Below are positions 62,383 to 64,000 of a DNA stretch of 64,000 bases, in pieces (the stretch's first letter is position 1; each line of letters starts with the position of its first letter). A program made the position numbers and the translations under genes. Origin of the DNA: Felis catus (lineage: Eukaryota); assembly GCF_018350175.1 (NCBI RefSeq), contig NC_058368.1, positions 205,780,001 to 205,844,000 on the forward strand, read 5' to 3'. Under the pieces are notes generated by a model, which worked only from the letters and a program-made list of their open reading frames with translations, did not search any database and was not told the DNA's origin.

Positions 62383-62626
62383 TTTTCAGTGTTTTTTTTT
62401 TTTTTTTTTTTTTTTGGGACAGAGAGAGACAGAGCATGAACGGGGGAGGGGCAGAGAGAGAGGGATTTTTTTGGGGGGACAGAGAGAGACAGAGCATGAA
62501 TCGGAAACAGGCTCCAGGCTCCGAGCCATCAGCCCAGAGCCTGAGGCGGGGCTCGAACTCACGGACCGCGAGATCGTGACCTGGCTGAAGTCAGACGCTT
62601 AACCGACTGCGCCACCCAGGCGCCCC
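62383..62626 (-). mobile_element. Young Can-SINE (Felis-type) with internal duplication
   Basis: Perfect 16-bp TSD catttatacctatttt (62367-62382 / 62627-62642); CpG-rich body. Confidence 0.98.
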
Positions 62627-63279
62627 CATTTATACCTATTTTAATCCTAGATCATTTGATTATAGCTCTTCTTCAACTCACCTTTTTATTTCTCCCTTTA
62701 ATCATGTTCTGTCTGTATATTGAGCCACAGCACAGGTTGTTTAGCCTTTTCATTTATATAGCAATTGGCTGAACAGCAACTAATAAGTTGATATGCGGCA
62801 ATTTCAATCCCTGTTAAAATTTGCCAATACAGATCCAGACTGCCAGTTTTGCTTATTTAGAAAGTGCTAACATTTTCTTCCTATCCCATGTACTGAAGAT
62901 AAATAGATCAGACAGTTCCAGATTAAATTAAACATGGCATTTCTGTATTTTGGAGTTACCTTTCATTGTTTAAAAAAAGCTAATAATTCTGAGGAGTTAG
63001 CTGTTCCAAATCTTAAAGGTTATCATTTGTAAGGCATTAAAGTATTCTTCAAAATATTTTCTCTAACAATTTACCAAGGTGTCTGAAGTTCATACTCTTG
63101 TTATTCCTCTGGGCTGTTTAATGCTCGACATAGATAGATGTACACATGGACATATAGATATAGATTGACATAGATATGGAATATAGACAAAGATAAATAT
63201 TGCATCACCGAAAACAATTGCTTCAAATAGCTTATCAGGCAAAGGCCCTGAGGTGATGGATGATAAATATAAAGGGAGT

Positions 63280-63317
63280 ATGTGTGTGTATGTGTGTGTG
63301 TGGGTGTGTGTGTGTGT
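63280..63317. repeat. (TG)n microsatellite, imperfect
   Basis: Directly visible. Confidence 0.9.
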
Positions 63318-63525
63318 TGGGTGGGAGGAGTGTAAGAAGTAGAACAAGGTGTGTCTTTTTTATTTTCAAAAGAACTAGATCAGAAATGGGGCAACAAGGT
63401 CGAAGGAAGCCTGAGTAACAGATGGGGAATGACGCGTGTGAAAAATTCAGGACATATTAATTTCATGTTACCTGTTCAGTAGGTCATGCCCAAGAATTAC
63501 GGGAGGCTTTCAAAAATAAAATTAA

Positions 63526-63735
63526 GGGGCATCTGTGTGGCTCAGTCCATTGAAAGTCCAACTTGGGCTCAGGTCATGACCTCACGGTTGGTGAGTTTGA
63601 GCCCCGCATTGGGCTCTATGCTGTAGGCACTGAGCAGCTTTGGATCCTGTCTCCCTCTCTCCACCCTCCCCCACTCATGCACATGTGCGTGCTCTCTCTC
63701 CCTCTCAAAAATAAATAAATTAAAAAAAATTAAAA
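63526..63735 (+). mobile_element. Can-SINE
   Basis: ggggcatctgtgtggctcagtcc head, CT tract, A tail. Confidence 0.94.
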
Positions 63736-63852
63736 CGAAATAATTTTTCTTGATTAGATCCAACAATATTTTAAATGGCACTCTGTACTTACAGGCAAAT
63801 CATGCACATGTTCATTGCTACATTTCTGGAGTTTTGATATTTGTAACAGACA

Positions 63853-63972
63853 AAAATAATAATAAATAATTAAACTAAATTAGTAATAAATAGTAATTAA
63901 ATAAATAATAATAAAATAATACATTAAACAATTAGTAACAATTAAATACATAATAATTAAATGATAATTAAA
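63853..63972. repeat. AT-rich low-complexity (TAA/TAAA) tract
   Basis: Directly visible. Confidence 0.85.
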
Positions 63973-64000
63973 GGTTGCCCTTGTTCTTCCTAGGAAGAAA

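Noticed and set aside
379..63781. Recurrent similar ORFs (MAQSVK..., ...AQSLEPASDSVSPSLS..., RERERE) that look like a gene family
   Set aside because: All are translations of Can-SINE copies on one strand or the other.
1..64000. CRISPR array, operon or other prokaryote-type system
   Set aside because: The sequence is clearly mammalian, with no regularly spaced direct repeats with unique spacers and no gene-dense segment.

Overview
This window is AT-rich mammalian non-coding DNA from a felid, most likely Felis or a close relative. The identification rests on 23 Can-SINE (SINEC_Fc-type) insertions and a felid L1 3' UTR. Much of the window is interspersed repeat: Can-SINEs, mostly with readable target-site duplications (TSDs); old L1 including a ~5.4 kb degraded + strand L1M with a nested L1MC-type 3' end; L2 and MIR remnants; six MLT1 (MaLR) LTRs; LTR16-, LTR33- and MER34-like LTRs; and MER5A and MER20 DNA transposons. 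Microsatellites are also present. I found no convincing protein-coding exon, RNA gene, processed pseudogene or CpG-island promoter, and I cannot name the locus; it is either intergenic or deep in a large intron. The ORFs in the track are SINE/L1/LTR-derived or of chance length. I did not find a new biological system. The best second-look items are retrotransposition oddities (an L1 and a SINE stacked in one target site; a SINE with a template-jump duplication), closely spaced inverted SINE pairs, and a minus-strand bias of MaLR LTRs and MIRs that hints at a + strand host transcript. A few candidate exons and repeat-poor motif-dense blocks that may be enhancers are also listed. Repeat family names come from my recall of consensus sequences, not from a search, and boundaries of old repeats are approximate.
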